Part shown: in pieces, positions 1 through 13,493 of the stretch
How the letters are laid out: every line of letters begins with the position of its first letter
How positions within the stretch are numbered: the stretch's first letter is position 1
DNA from: Eledone cirrhosa
Lineage: Eukaryota
NCBI GenBank assembly: GCA_964016885.1
Contig: OZ024755.1
Span: 28,458,001 to 28,522,000 of the forward strand
Direction of reading: 5' to 3'
DNA length: 64,000 nucleotides
Translations under genes and position numbers: made by a program
The notes under the pieces: generated by a model
The model's input: only the letters and a program-made list of their open reading frames with translations
Told to the model about the DNA's origin: nothing
Databases searched by the model: none

Positions 1-1081
1 CCATATTTAACATATGAAGTGTGTGATTTGGAGTAGAGTTGAGTTCTATTACGGCTACTAGTGCTAGTTGATTGAGCGAGCTCATATAAATCTTCCTATT
101 TGCTAGAGAAATCCCCACAAGTTACTGATAGGTAACACTCTTCTACTCCTATTAGCACTCGTTCTCATTCTCTCATTCACAACATTACGGAATGTCAGTG
201 TTCGATTAATGAAAATCGAAGCCTTACATGTAAGTAGGCAAACAAGCACCGACTATCAAGCAGAAAAAGTATATCATTTATCTTTTAACACTCTCACAGA
301 CATAGAAACACTTAGACTAACATATAAACATGCAACTACACACAAAAACATACATAATCACTACATTACATACATGCGTATAATACTCCACATATACGCA
401 CATAGATGCATGTGTACATGTGTACATATAAAGATATATACACTACGAATAGTAGAACTAAACACATAACAACAGAAATATGATCGAGAGATATCGATTT
501 TATTATCGACATGGGAAATCCACATGAAGATGAAAGGAAGGTGTGTTTATATTTGCGTGTGTGTGTGTGTGTGTGTTTGTAAACATATATGTATGTACGT
601 ATACAAACACACGGGCACACTCATAGAAACACAAACATATACAGAACATATATATGTCTGTCTGTCTGTGTGTGTGTGTGTGTGTGCGCCTTAGTGAGAG
701 CAGTAGAATGATAGTGGAATCGTGTGGCAGTGTGGGGAAACCCCCTTGTCGAGATGTAAATGAGCTGATCAAGGACGCAGTGAATTGTGTTATAAGATAA
801 AGAGACAGGTAGTCAGTCAGTCAGTCAATCAGTCAGATAACAGTGGGAGGTGAGAGAGGGAGAGAGAGAGAGAGAGAGAGATGTGAGATAGAGAGAAGGG
901 GCGGGGGGGGTGTAGATGCTGGTGGTGTGGTGGTGGTGGTGGTGGTGGTGGTGGTGGTGGTGGTGGTGGTGGTGTTTTGAAAGGGAGCGAGATGTAGAAA
1001 AGTACATGAAAGAGAAACACGTTCAGACGAGAAAAAAACCGTATGCTTGGAAAATCACACACACGCACGCACACATACGCC

Positions 1082-1164
<83 letters not shown>

Positions 1165-1382
1165 TTGGAAGTGTACGAGTGCATATGTATGAGTCTGTGC
1201 ATGATTATACATATATGTTTGAATATATATATATATATATAGTCATACATATATATATGTTCATGCACACACTCATATATATATATATATATAAAATTAC
1301 ACACACAAACACAAACACACACACACAAATATATATATATATATATAAAATTACACACACCAACCCACACACACACACACAA

Positions 1383-1414
<32 letters not shown>

Positions 1415-1524
1415 TTGTGTGTGCGTGTGTGTGTCTGTTTGTATGTGTGTGAGTGTGTGTGTGTGTTTCTACAGATACAAACGCCAGGAACAGAGATAAT
1501 GGGTTGTTGGCGAAGTGGTATGAA

Positions 1525-1563
<39 letters not shown>

Positions 1564-1847
1564 GAGAGAGAGATAGAGAGAGAGAGAGGGTAAGCAAAGA
1601 GAAAGAGAGAACGAGAAGGAATGAAGGAAAGACGAAATAGGTTACGTTTTTTTTTTTCTTTCTTTTCATTCACCTATTTGAACGCAACATCGCATTTGCA
1701 CGTTAAATTGTGTGTGCGTTCATATAACACACACCTGCAGACATTTATTTATATATGCATATACAAACATACACACACTTACATACATACTCAGTTAAAC
1801 TCACACACACATGTATGTATATATATATACATATATATATATATGCA

Positions 1848-1942
1848 TAACGAAAGAGTTGTGGTAAGGAACTAGATGGACCATAACGCACCAGAGTACT
1901 CAATACTTAGGGTAGTAGAGTGGGTAATAGGAAAATATATTT

Positions 1943-1947
<5 letters not shown>
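1848..1947 (-). mobile_element. Family A short (TA)n-embedded element, copy 1 (tail plus mini-hairpin)
   Basis: taacgaa..gtggtaaggaac..ggaccataacgcaccagagtactcaatacttagggtagtagagtgggtaatagg recurs at 2011, 2491, 3734 and, inverted, at 58452-58602 and 60180-60312; flanked by (TA)n. Strand inferred from tail-motif orientation. Confidence 0.75.
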
Positions 1948-2009
<62 letters not shown>

Positions 2010-2012
<3 letters not shown>

Positions 2013-2200
2013 CGAAGGAAATGTGGTAAGGAACCAGGTGGACCATAACGCACCAAAGTACTCAATACTTGGGGTAGTAGAGTGGGTAATAGGAACCAGT
2101 AAGACCCCGACGGCTGAGCTCAAGCCGTTTCGACGGCTAAACTGAATTCAGAATTAGCTGTCGAAACGGCTTGAGCTCAGCCGTCGGGGTCTTACTGGTT

Positions 2201-2204
<4 letters not shown>
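2010..2204 (-). mobile_element. Family A copy 2 with ~50-bp fold-back hairpin
   Basis: Arms 2091-2140 and 2154-2203 are reverse complements with one mismatch; (TA)n on both sides. Confidence 0.85.
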
Positions 2205-2243
<39 letters not shown>

Positions 2244-2269
2244 AATTTATTGTCATTAGCTTTACAGTA

Positions 2270-2418
2270 TTTAAATTCATTGTTACGGCCCTTGCCATTC
2301 TGAGTTCAAATTCCGCCGAGGTTAACTTTGCCTTTCATCCTTACGGGGTCGATAAAAGAAAGTACCAGTAATCTACTGAGTAATTGCTGGCTTTGTGCCA
2401 ATTGTAGAAACAATTATT
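2270..2418 (+). mobile_element. tRNA-derived SINE family 1, 5'-truncated
   Basis: gagttcaaattccgccgaggttaactttgcctttcatccttacggggtcgataaaa core and tgtgcc..tagaaacaatt tail. Confidence 0.75.
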
Positions 2419-2423
2419 ACATG

Positions 2424-2490
<67 letters not shown>

Positions 2491-2637
2491 TAACGAAGGA
2501 AATGTGGTAAGGAACCAGATGGACCATAACGCACCAAAGTACTCAATACTTATGGTAGTAGAGTGGGTAATACGCACGAGTAGGCAAAGTACTTTGGTGC
2601 GTTATGGTCCATCTGGTTCCTTACCACATTTCCTTCG

Positions 2638-2640
<3 letters not shown>
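2491..2640. mobile_element. Family A copy 3, terminal inverted duplication
   Basis: The first ~53 bp (taacgaagg...aaagtact) are reverse-complemented at 2588-2640; (TA)n flanks. Confidence 0.85.
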
Positions 2641-2693
<53 letters not shown>

Positions 2694-2696
<3 letters not shown>

Positions 2697-3168
2697 AAGT
2701 TATATTTAAAATTGTTGGGTTACAACTATTAAATATTTATAACTGATATAAAAGCACTCGACAAATACTTGGAGTATATTTACAATATTAAATAAATGGA
2801 AAACTATATTTATAAAACCATATTTATTTCATTATATATATTTCGGGGATATCATATTAACAATATGCTATGCCTTCATCAGACAAAATACAATATAAAC
2901 AGTTTTATAGATAAATATATTCGACATACCGTAATAAACATCAACTTCATTTGAAGAGGTTCACTCTAGCAGTGAACCTCTTCAGTGAACCTCTTCAAAT
3001 GAAGTTGATGTTTATTACGGTATGTCGAATATATTTATCTATAAAACTGTTTATATTGTATTTTGTCTGATCAAGGCATAGCATATTGTTAATATGATAT
3101 CCCCGAAATATATATAATGAAATAAATATGGTTTTATAAATATAGTTTTCCATTTATTTAATATTGTA
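2694..3168 (-). mobile_element. Family B palindromic hammerhead element, copy B1
   Basis: ~185-bp arms (2781-2966, 2984-3168). Minus arm reads tattttgt-CTGATGA-stem II-GAAA-tatata-TA-atgaaata; plus arm has CTGATCA at 3067. Unpaired tail 2694-2780; (TA)n flanks. Confidence 0.85.
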
Positions 3169-3407
3169 TATATATATATATATATATATACTCACTCATA
3201 TGGAAACCTGTAGTATCAATGTACCATATATGGGCTTGCTGGTACGTACGGTGTCAGACGATCAACTTACGAACGGCCTCTCCGAAAGTAACTCGTTCGT
3301 AAATTGTAGACTTACTGTATCTATTTATATATACGTCAAGCCTGGTGATCCTGTGAGGGTACAGGTGAATCTCCTGAGTAACAAGTCTCACCACATAGCC
3401 TTATAAA

Positions 3408-3510
3408 TAATAATTGTTTCTACTTTAGGCACAAGGCCAGCAAATACCCAGCACATTACTGGTACTTTATTTTATCGACTCCGTAAGGATGAAAGGCAAA
3501 GTTAGCCTTA
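3408..3510 (-). mobile_element. SINE family 1, 3' fragment
   Basis: ataattgtttctactttaggcacaaggccagc...ttttatcgac..cgtaaggatgaaaggcaaagtt. Confidence 0.8.
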
Positions 3511-3595
3511 TAAATAATAATAATAAAACTCTAATTCAGTATACAGAAAAGAGACTCATGTCTGCCAATAGCACACACACACACACACTCACACA

Positions 3596-3718
<123 letters not shown>

Positions 3719-3733
3719 ATACATATATATATA

Positions 3734-3923
3734 TAACGAAGGAAGTGTGGTAAGGAACCAGGTGGACCATAACGCACCAGAGTACTCAATACTTAGGGTA
3801 GTAGAGTGGGTAATAGGAAAATGTTTAACCCCGACGGCAGAACTCAAACCGCTTCGACGGCTATTTCTGGACATTATAGCCGTCGAACTGGCTTGATCTC
3901 TGCCGTCGGAGTGAAACATTTTC

Positions 3924-3925
<2 letters not shown>
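3734..3925 (-). mobile_element. Family A copy 4 with imperfect hairpin
   Basis: Family A tail, then aggaaaatgttt..cgacggctat / atagccgtcg..aaacattttcct inverted arms. Confidence 0.8.
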
Positions 3926-3958
<33 letters not shown>

Positions 3959-4655
3959 CTCTACTACAAAGGCTGTTGTATCAGGTAGAGAATGAAATAA
4001 AATCTGATTTTTTGGAGGATTTCCTAATACTAGCATGACGCTTGACTGTTTCGTATCCTCTGCTATTGCCGGGACCCAATCGAAGTCACTTATCGATAAA
4101 GGCATTCTAGTCGTGATTATTCTCTGCTTCTTCTTTGATATCATATCTATAATACATTGACTAGTGTATCGTGATTTTGGCTACTATGTCTAGCATTCAG
4201 AGCGCGTTTGATGAAATCAATATAGACTGTCACAAATCAGATTTTATAAAGAACTACTATTACTACTAGTAATACTACTACTACTACTGCAAATACTACT
4301 ACTGCAAATACTACTACCGCCACTACCACAACTTTCACCACCGCTACCGCCACAAACACTACTACTACTACTACTACTACTACTACCACTACTACTACTA
4401 CTACTACTATTACTATCACCACTACTATTACTCCACAAGCTACTACAACTAATGTTGTATGTTTAGATCGTCGGACGGGATGCCTCGATTGTGTCCTATT
4501 TGTTGAGTAGAATTAAACCGTCGCCTGGCTTAACACTAAGGCCTTTTTCGTACTTGTTGAAACCACTCCGCTGTAACAATTTGGTCCACTTCTGAAGATA
4601 TATTTCCCCTTTCCCTATCACCAGCTTCTGAGGCCCTGGAAAGGATCATATTTAA

Positions 4656-4726
<71 letters not shown>

Positions 4727-4773
4727 AAAAAGAAATCAAAAGACAATTGCAAAAATCACAGCTCAATAAACAT

Positions 4774-4811
4774 TTTAATACCATGTTCTATCACGTTTAT
4801 CTACTACAGTG

Positions 4812-4908
<97 letters not shown>

Positions 4909-5224
4909 TGTGTGAATGGGGACAGTATTCAGGGTGACTATATTCAGTACTTGCTGGTACGAGATTTTAACAAGCGCAGGGCGGAGAAATTCAAAGTTCA
5001 AATTCCGTTACTTGGAATGGAAGATACGTACTTCTTAAAGAAATAAAGGAGTCGGAATATAAATAGATATGAATGGATTTAAAGACGATCGCATTTAATA
5101 AACAATGGTCTACAAATGAGTCTCCCTCTTCGTCTCTTATATATGTATATATATTAAAATATAAGTATTAATAAAATAGATGTTCTTTTAATACCATGTT
5201 CTATCACGTTTATCTACTACAGTG

Positions 5225-5282
<58 letters not shown>
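4774..5282. repeat. Local direct duplication of a ~40-bp segment followed by (TG)n
   Basis: tttaataccatgttctatcacgtttatctactacagtgtt(tg)n at ~4775 and ~5187. Confidence 0.8.
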
Positions 5283-5285
<3 letters not shown>

Positions 5286-5334
5286 ATTATGCATATTTCG
5301 GATGTACAACAGTACGTCCTCATCAGACAAAATA
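5282..5334 (-). ncRNA. Type I hammerhead ribozyme motif
   Basis: Minus strand: ttttgt-CTGATGA-ggacgtac tgtt gtacatcc-GAAA-tatgca-TA-ataaaa. Confidence 0.75.
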
Positions 5335-5399
5335 TAATGATACATGATATACCCTGAGATGTTAAATGGTTAAGATTTAATCAAGGTAGTAACTCTAAG

Positions 5400-5439
<40 letters not shown>

Positions 5440-5499
5440 CTTAGAGTTTCGCTGGGTTCTGGACCCCGATTGATTCAGCCTGTCAAAGATTTTTTTCTC

Positions 5500-5552
5500 T
5501 TATGATAAGCTGAATGAGTTGGAAACCCAACGAAACTTAAGTAGCTGTTCAT
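5500..5552 (+). ncRNA. Hammerhead-like motif with a one-nt core insertion, inside a (TA)n-flanked element (5438-5635)
   Basis: CTGAATGA-gttgg aaac ccaac-GAAAC-ttaa-GTA; downstream atggactgagtgctct is shared with the element at 56265-56422. Confidence 0.6.
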
Positions 5553-6083
5553 GTTAATTTTGTAATTATTCATACTAAACTCATCCTATGGACTGAGTGC
5601 TCTTACCCTTAGATATTTCTAATAACATTTTAACTATATATATATATGTGTGTGTGTGTACATGTATATATATTTACTTTCCTTTTCTTCATTTCTTTTC
5701 CTTTAATTCACGATACTTTCACGACAAAGAATCCCCCCTAAGACGATGGTAGAACACTTTAGACTCTCCCAGAATTATTCAAACGGTCTATGAATGAAAA
5801 GTTCATCACTTCCCACAACAGCCACAGACAAAATAACTGGGTGGGATTTCATACATCGGAGGCTTTGGAAAAGTGTAAACGCAATCAGATTTAAAGGAAC
5901 CTCATGATTGAAGAATTGTCTCCTAACATTGCACATCAAACGGCCTCACGCAATTTTTCTGGCAGTCATCATCGCCCTGTAGAAGTGTATAGCAGAAATG
6001 TACAACTGTACCAATTGATGGGATATAGATTTGCTCTCCTTTACAGGAAAATCTCTAGCAAAGAAATAGAAATAGAAATAGAA

Positions 6084-6295
6084 CGATCGACTTTCGTCAA
6101 ATCGGACCGAGGAAACAATGTTTTCGTCGGTCTTTCCAGTTGCTAATACTATCTATCGGTCGCAACTCCAGGTAGAAGGAGCAACGTGAAATAAAGTGTC
6201 TTGCTCAAGGACATAACGCATCGCCCGGTCCAGGAATCGAACTCACAATCTCAAGATTGTGAATCCAATTCTCTAACCACTTAGCCACACGCCCT
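6084..6295 (-). mobile_element. tRNA-derived SINE family 2
   Basis: Reverse complement of ggcgtgtggctaagtggttagag (A box)..gagttcgattcc (B box)..tgtccttgagcaagacactttatttcacgttgctcc; same family at 46425, 50919, 61284. Confidence 0.8.
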
Positions 6296-7904
6296 CACAT
6301 CTCTAGCAAACGCACACGTAAAAACTTTGGATTCTGGACATTGCTGCCCAGCAGCGCTAAATCTTTACTCAGCAATCTTCAAAAGAAATATGTGTCACAG
6401 AAAGCAATAGTTTAAAAGATATGTTTTCATACCATATTAAAACTTCTCTCAGTATCAATAGGAGATATCTTTAGGAAATCCTGGAACGATTAGGATGCTC
6501 TTTTATTTAACATAATATCACCTAGTTATATAAAAGTTACGTGTGAGTAAGTCAAATACAACTCGCCATAGGGAACAGTATAAAAGAGAGCAGGCACTCA
6601 CCTCTATCATATTCATGTTCGTGAGTTTGAAGAGTGACCACTATGAAGTGAATGATTTCGACATCTAACTATGCTCCATCTTTCTGTTCACCCTGAGCTA
6701 TGTAAATGTCTGAGCCTCAATATTTGAGAAGTTTATCCCCTTAGATGTCGTTATTGTTACCCACACAGAGATAACACTGCATGGTGTAACATCATGCACG
6801 ACTGAGTCTTCTCGTTTTTTATATTGTTATTGAAACACTTCTAGAAAGAACACGGGTCATCTTTCATCCCGTACAAGAGGAAGATCATCACCCTCCTTGC
6901 CTCACCATCGGTGAGCCAGAGCTAAGGACAGTCCGTCATTTCAGTGAGCTAAGTGCAGTATCTCTCATAAGATTTCAATATCCTCAAAGTGTTTGGAAAC
7001 AGATTGGCAAACAATGCATTCAGCAGATTGAATGAGGAATAAACCAGTGAATAAATTCAGTGTGGAATAAACCAGTTCTCTGGCAATCATTTTGTACAGC
7101 ATCGAGAAATAATTTACTTACAGACAACATCTAAGATTCCATCAATACTGCCAACAACTCTACGACTGCACTATCTTCAACAACCACTGAAATCATTTAA
7201 TAACCAGCATTGACGTTTTTGAACTGATAAAGTTTACCAGAATTGAGAGCATGCTACAAAAAATAAAGATTCGCTGGACAGGGTGCACATTCACGATCGA
7301 AGAAACTTGCCTGCTTTTTGTTTGATAATTAAATCTTTACTTAAGAATTTGAAAAATAAAATGGATACCCAACGAAAAGCCGCCAAAACTTTTAGAAAAA
7401 AGTCCATTAGTGCATGTCATATTGACTATCGGTTATGGTCAATTATGTCCTCCTATCAGAAGGATATTTAAACTAAGCTTAGTAGTCCGTCTCCTCCTTT
7501 CACGTGTATTCAGGGCTGGATTTGATGATAAAATAAGCTAGACGAAGAATGACGAAACGGCATTTAGAGGAGAATATGAACTATGAAGATATTATATTTA
7601 AAAGTGAAGTCCACACAAGCTTATGAATAGACATTTTCACGATGAAATAAGAACGTTGGGAAATCATGGCTGCTATAAAAACAACAAGCTGAAAATTGGC
7701 TTGCAAGTAATAAGGTTTCTTGTGCGAAGTATTTGAAAAGATTACGTGAAATTGAAATGAGTGGAGGCTGTGTTACTATGAAGTGATGATAGAAGACATT
7801 AAGAGGAATATTTGAGGTCAAAAACAATTTCACAATATAAAGTGTTATCCACTTTGTATAACAAATTTATCATGTCTAATCAGTGAACCTGCCGGAAATC
7901 ATTT

Positions 7905-7939
<35 letters not shown>

Positions 7940-7942
<3 letters not shown>

Positions 7943-8376
7943 AAGTTTTATTTAAATTGTTGGGTTACAACGAGTAAATATTTATAACTGATATAAAAGC
8001 ACTCAACAAGTATTTGGAGTATATTTACGATATTAAATAAATGGAAACTATATTTATAAAACCATATTTATTTCACTATATATATTTCAGGGATATCATA
8101 TTAAAAATATGGTATGCCTTCTTCAGACAAAATACAATATAAACAGTCTTATAAATAGATAGATTTGACATACCTTACAACTTCAACTTCCATTTAAAAA
8201 GTTTTTAAATGGAAGTTGAAGTTGTAAGGTATGTCAAATCTATCTATTTATAAGACTGTTTATATTGTATTTTGTCTGAAGAAGGCATACCATATTTTTA
8301 ATATGATATCCCTGAAATATATATAATGAAATAAATATGGTTTTATAAATATAGTTTCCATTTATTTAATATCGTA
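7940..8376 (-). mobile_element. Family B palindromic hammerhead element, copy B2
   Basis: Arms 8026-8200 and 8202-8376 are near-perfect (one mismatch seen) around a 1-nt centre; both arms read CTGAAGA...GAAAtatataTA. Confidence 0.9.
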
Positions 8377-8394
8377 TATATATATATATATATT

Positions 8395-8569
8395 TAAAAG
8401 TTAAACAAGGTTCAATGAATAAATCAAAGAATGAGTTTTACAATAGATTGGAAGCACTCAACAGTTTTGGTTTTCCAGAGTTATTAATATTAATTCAAAA
8501 TTTTAACATTAAATATTAACAATAAAATATACTTGATCACAAGAATATCTATTTTGTTAATATTTTGAA

Positions 8570-8574
<5 letters not shown>
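8395..8574 (-). mobile_element. Degenerate (TA)n-flanked hairpin element
   Basis: gcactcaac tail motif at ~8454; tattaattcaaaa / ttttgaattaata inverted ends. Confidence 0.45.
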
Positions 8575-8638
<64 letters not shown>

Positions 8639-8639
8639 T

Positions 8640-8841
8640 AGGTAATTCCGAAGGAAAAAAGAGTGCTCTATGTATAGAACATAGCTATTTAATTAGAAAG
8701 TAAACAACACAATATATAACTACTCCATTACCAAAGGTTTCAGAACCCTAGACAATATTAATATATGTCTAGATCGTTCATCAGACATGAGATGTCTGTA
8801 TATTAATTAATATTGTCTAGGGTACTGAAACCTTTGGTAAT
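8640..8841 (-). mobile_element. Family C hairpin element with hammerhead core
   Basis: Minus strand CTGATGA-..ctagaca..tgtctag..-GAAAC-ctttg-GTA; arms 8727-8762 and 8806-8841; related to 10135-10343. Confidence 0.75.
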
Positions 8842-9259
8842 ATATAATGGGCGAGAGACTTATACATAAACATAAATTTATTAGTGTGGTGCATGTAAAT
8901 ATACTATGTTATGTTATATTTTATTTTATGCACGTTTAGTTTTCTCAGAGGCGCAATAATGCGACCTTGTATGCATTACGTGATGGAAAACTGGAGACTG
9001 TGTGGATAAAGTTCATAGTGATATCCAAGGATATAACTAGAGATAAATGTGTCTTTATTGATATCTTAAATTATAACTGGAGAAAAATTATAATTCACAT
9101 TTTTTTCTGCATTGTTCACTCTACACTGTTCGTTACATTTAACACACAAATACACACAAACACAAACCAATGCATAAAGACACAGACACACACACACACG
9201 CATATATATATATATATATGTGTGTGTGTGTATATATATAAACGTAGCTTCTATATCTG

Positions 9260-9292
<33 letters not shown>

Positions 9293-9918
9293 TTATTGTT
9301 GATGAGTATGTGTGTGTATTTTGTGATTTTGAATTATGACAAGAGTGGGTTAGAGAGTTAGAAGAGTGGAAGTATATGCAGAGGGGATAAAAAAGAGAAC
9401 AAAAAACAAAAGATGAAGGAAGAACATCAAACTGTTAATAATAAATATAAATAAAGCAAAGAATAAAGTGGATAAAAGGTCAATATGTCACGTAGTTCAA
9501 TTTAACAAATATTATATGAAAAGAAGATATTTAATTAAGACATTGTACGTTATTGGTAAAAACATAAACTTTTTCCTTTTTCATTATCTGCAAACTTATT
9601 AAGATATTTCGTAATATAGTCGTCAATTAGACAAGTATATAAAATATAATTATATAAATATTCACTAAAATTATATTCGGTAAATTAATATATAAAACAA
9701 AAATATAACTTGTACAAGGTCATAGAGTTAAGGGGAAATGGCTAATCGCCTTGACACCGAATAATACTGGCATATATTTTATCGAACATTGAGAAATAAA
9801 AAAGAAAGTCGATATCGGTTGTATTAGAAATCATTACAGGAAAATGCCCTAACGAATACCACAAAGAGTTTTTCCGTCGCACCTAAAGATGCTGTCAATC
9901 CAATGTTTTAAAGATAAA

Positions 9919-9982
<64 letters not shown>

Positions 9983-10073
9983 ATACATACATATAATCGA
10001 GAAGTATGAAATTTGTATAAATGTATAAAAGAAAAAAAAATATCTACAAATTTCATACTTGACGACCCAATAG

Positions 10074-10125
<52 letters not shown>

Positions 10126-10134
10126 TTTGTATTT

Positions 10135-10343
10135 CCGTAGAAAAGGTAAAGGAAAGGAGAGTGCTCTATATATAGTAGAGAGCTATTTGATTATATAATA
10201 AACAACACAATATAATTACTCCATTACCCACGGTTTCACGGAGTTACACGATTCTAACAGAAACGTCTAGTTAGGATCGTCTAATTCCGTGAAACCTTGG
10301 GTAATGGAGTAAATATATTGTGTTATTTATTATATAACTAAAT
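10135..10343 (-). mobile_element. Family C hairpin element, copy 2
   Basis: Shares gagtgctcta..agctattt..aaacaacacaatata..tactccattacc..ggtttca with 8640; imperfect ~70-bp arms. Confidence 0.75.
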
Positions 10344-10348
10344 ATATA

Positions 10349-10518
10349 TCCAAACTGAACTTAAAACGATAAGTTCTTTCTTGTTTTTGGATATATCAAT
10401 ATTTATAAAACAACTTTTGTATTTTATCTGATGATAGCCTACCAAAATGTTGGTACCCTTGAAATATATATAATAAAATAAATATGGTTTTATAAAGTAT
10501 AGTTTCCATGTCATTGAT
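10349..10518 (+). mobile_element. Family B single-arm copy with intact hammerhead core
   Basis: tattttat(10420)-CTGATGA(10428)-..taccaa aatg ttggta..-GAAA(10461)-tatata-TA-ataaaata. Confidence 0.8.
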
Positions 10519-10759
10519 ATATATATATATATAAGAAGGAGAAGAAAGAAGAACTATTTCTATTTTAAGTAAAAAGACAACATTTTTAGGTGTCGGTAAT
10601 GTCGGTGATATAAGCCCAGTACATTATTGCTACTTTATTTAAGGACATCGGGAAATTTGACCTAAGTGTGATATGAACTCTGAACAAAAAGAGCCGGAAA
10701 AATATCGCCAAGACTGTGTGCGTTGCTCTAAAGATTCTGACAGGCCACTGCCTTAGAAA

Positions 10760-10960
10760 TAATGATTTCTGAATTGAGCATAAGGCCAACAAATTTAGAA
10801 ATAACGATTAAATCGATCTAAAAACGTTATTGGTATTTTATTTATTTCCACCTCGAAAATATGAAAGGTAAACTTGACCTCGGTGAGATTTGAACTCAGA
10901 GCGTAAAAGTTCGGACGTGATGACACAAAACAATTGTTCCGAGTTAACCACACGAAAGAT

Positions 10961-11002
<42 letters not shown>

Positions 11003-11123
11003 AAATAATTATAACGACAATGATTTCTATTATAGGCACAAGGCCAGCAGTTTGGGGAGGAGGGGAAAGTCAATTAAATCGACCCCAGTACATTGCTGGT
11101 GCTTAATTTATCGACCCCCGTAT

Positions 11124-11159
<36 letters not shown>

Positions 11160-11415
11160 AATAATAATAATTGTTTCTACTTATGGCACAAGGCCAACAA
11201 TTATCCCCTCCCCCCAGTGTATTACTGGTACTTTATTTTATCGACCCCCGTAAGGATGAAAGCAAAGTTAACCTCGGTGGGATTTTAATAATAACGATAA
11301 TAATTGTTTCTACTTTTGACACAAGGCCAGCAATATTCCCAGTGTATTACTGGTACTTTATTTTATCGACCCCGTAAGGATGAAAGGCAAAGTTAACCTC
11401 GGCGGGATTTTAATA
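10760..11415 (-). mobile_element. Cluster of four SINE family 1 fragments
   Basis: Repeated tttcta..ggcacaaggcca..ctggtactttattttatcgacccc..ggatgaaag segments separated by (AAT)n/(AAC)n/(AGT)n. Confidence 0.75.
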
Positions 11416-11569
11416 ATAACAGTAATAACCACAACTGCAACTATCTAATTGACAATGATGTTTAAAAACGAGAAAATGTATACATATAAAATACAAGGTT
11501 TCATTTCCATCCTTCTGTGTGCAACCACCCACAATATTTACATACACGCACACATATACATATTTCTGT

Positions 11570-11660
<91 letters not shown>

Positions 11661-11715
11661 ATGGTATTCGTTATAACAGAATGTCACCTGTATATGTATA
11701 TATATATATATATAT

Positions 11716-11892
11716 AGGTGAAATTCTGTTATAACGAATACCATTACAACAAATGTTTCAGTATAACGAATTCTATTTGAATCCCCGGCCACACGCTCGA
11801 TGTGTTGTTAGGTCGATCTTGTTATAAAGAATTTTTCGTTACAAAGAATTTTTTTTATAGCCCGGCAATTTCGTTATAACGGAATTTCACTT
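11716..11892. mobile_element. Tc1/mariner (pogo/Tigger-type) MITE
   Basis: TIRs gtgaaattctgttataacgaa / ttcgttataacggaatttcac in TA context; extra inverted end at 11661-11692; sister copy at 28024-28181. Confidence 0.7.
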
Positions 11893-12129
11893 TGTATATA
11901 TATATATATATATATATATGCCTGTTCATCGAGTACTCGTTTTGAAACCATCACCAGTAATTCCCTGGATCAAATACATTATATATATGTATATATAGAT
12001 TTCATGAATGTTTACACTCAATTAAAGTTCACGATAAACAGAATATTTCCTCATCAATGATGATACCGAAGTAAAGGAGATGGCATCGCGGTATATCTAT
12101 ATTTTATAACGACATCTATATCTATATGG

Positions 12130-12179
<50 letters not shown>

Positions 12180-12186
<7 letters not shown>

Positions 12187-12189
12187 CAC

Positions 12190-12286
<97 letters not shown>

Positions 12287-12349
12287 TGTGTGTGTTTGTT
12301 TATATCTATATACATACATATATATATATGTATATGACTGTGTCTATAC

Positions 12350-12408
<59 letters not shown>

Positions 12409-12450
12409 ACAGAAGGAGAGAAAGAGAGCGAATCAGGCATACAGATATAT

Positions 12451-12485
<35 letters not shown>

Positions 12486-12490
12486 CACTT

Positions 12491-12557
<67 letters not shown>

Positions 12558-12627
12558 TGTGTGTGTTTGTTTATATCTATATACATACATATATATATAT
12601 ATGTATATGACTGTGTCTATACATATG

Positions 12628-12697
<70 letters not shown>

Positions 12698-12733
12698 ACA
12701 GAAGGAGAGAAAGAGAGCGAATCAGGCATACAG

Positions 12734-12745
<12 letters not shown>
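12180..12745. repeat. Two-unit (~300 bp) tandem duplication built from microsatellites
   Basis: catacacttatc(tc)n(ta)n gcatgtgtgtgtttgttt...gactgtgtctatac...gaacagaaggagagaaagagagcgaatcaggcatacag occurs twice. Confidence 0.8.
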
Positions 12746-12770
<25 letters not shown>

Positions 12771-13193
12771 TATATATATATATGCATATACAATGGCATA
12801 CACAGTCATATATAGAAAAAATGTTTCTCTATATATGTATATTTGTGCGTGTAGTTCTATTTGTATATGATATATGTATATATGTATATATGTATATATG
12901 TATATATGTATATATGTATATATGTATATATGTATATGGTACTATAGATGTAAGTCAGATATAAGTATGGCAGAAATACAATAATGAAAAAGGTATATAA
13001 AACAAGATTTTCCTGGAAAATACAAAACACTCTGAGATGAATTAAAATATGAAAATCAATTTATATATATATATATATTTGTATGCATGTATTTTCATGT
13101 GTATATATATGTATATATGTGTGTGTATATATACACATATATATATATATATATATACCTGTATACTTACATTAAAGCATTTATGAATACGTG

Positions 13194-13281
<88 letters not shown>

Positions 13282-13323
13282 AATATGTGAGTGTGTGTGT
13301 GTATATATATATATACATATATA

Positions 13324-13374
<51 letters not shown>

Positions 13375-13404
13375 GTGTGTGTATATATATATATATATAT
13401 GTGT

Positions 13405-13435
<31 letters not shown>

Positions 13436-13461
13436 TATATATATATATATATATATACGTG

Positions 13462-13493
<32 letters not shown>

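Noticed and set aside
2091-2203. Hairpins as miRNA precursors
   Set aside because: Multi-copy, variable apex, attached repeat tails and hammerhead cores fit mobile-element origin better; small-RNA production is not excluded.
6537-7800. Possible decayed mariner-like transposon
   Set aside because: Only a vague TIR-like start and no convincing transposase motifs.
8026-8376. Palindromes as sequencing fold-back artefacts
   Set aside because: Arms show locus-specific mismatches and loops, are confined to defined families, and older diverged examples exist; read-level confirmation is still advisable.
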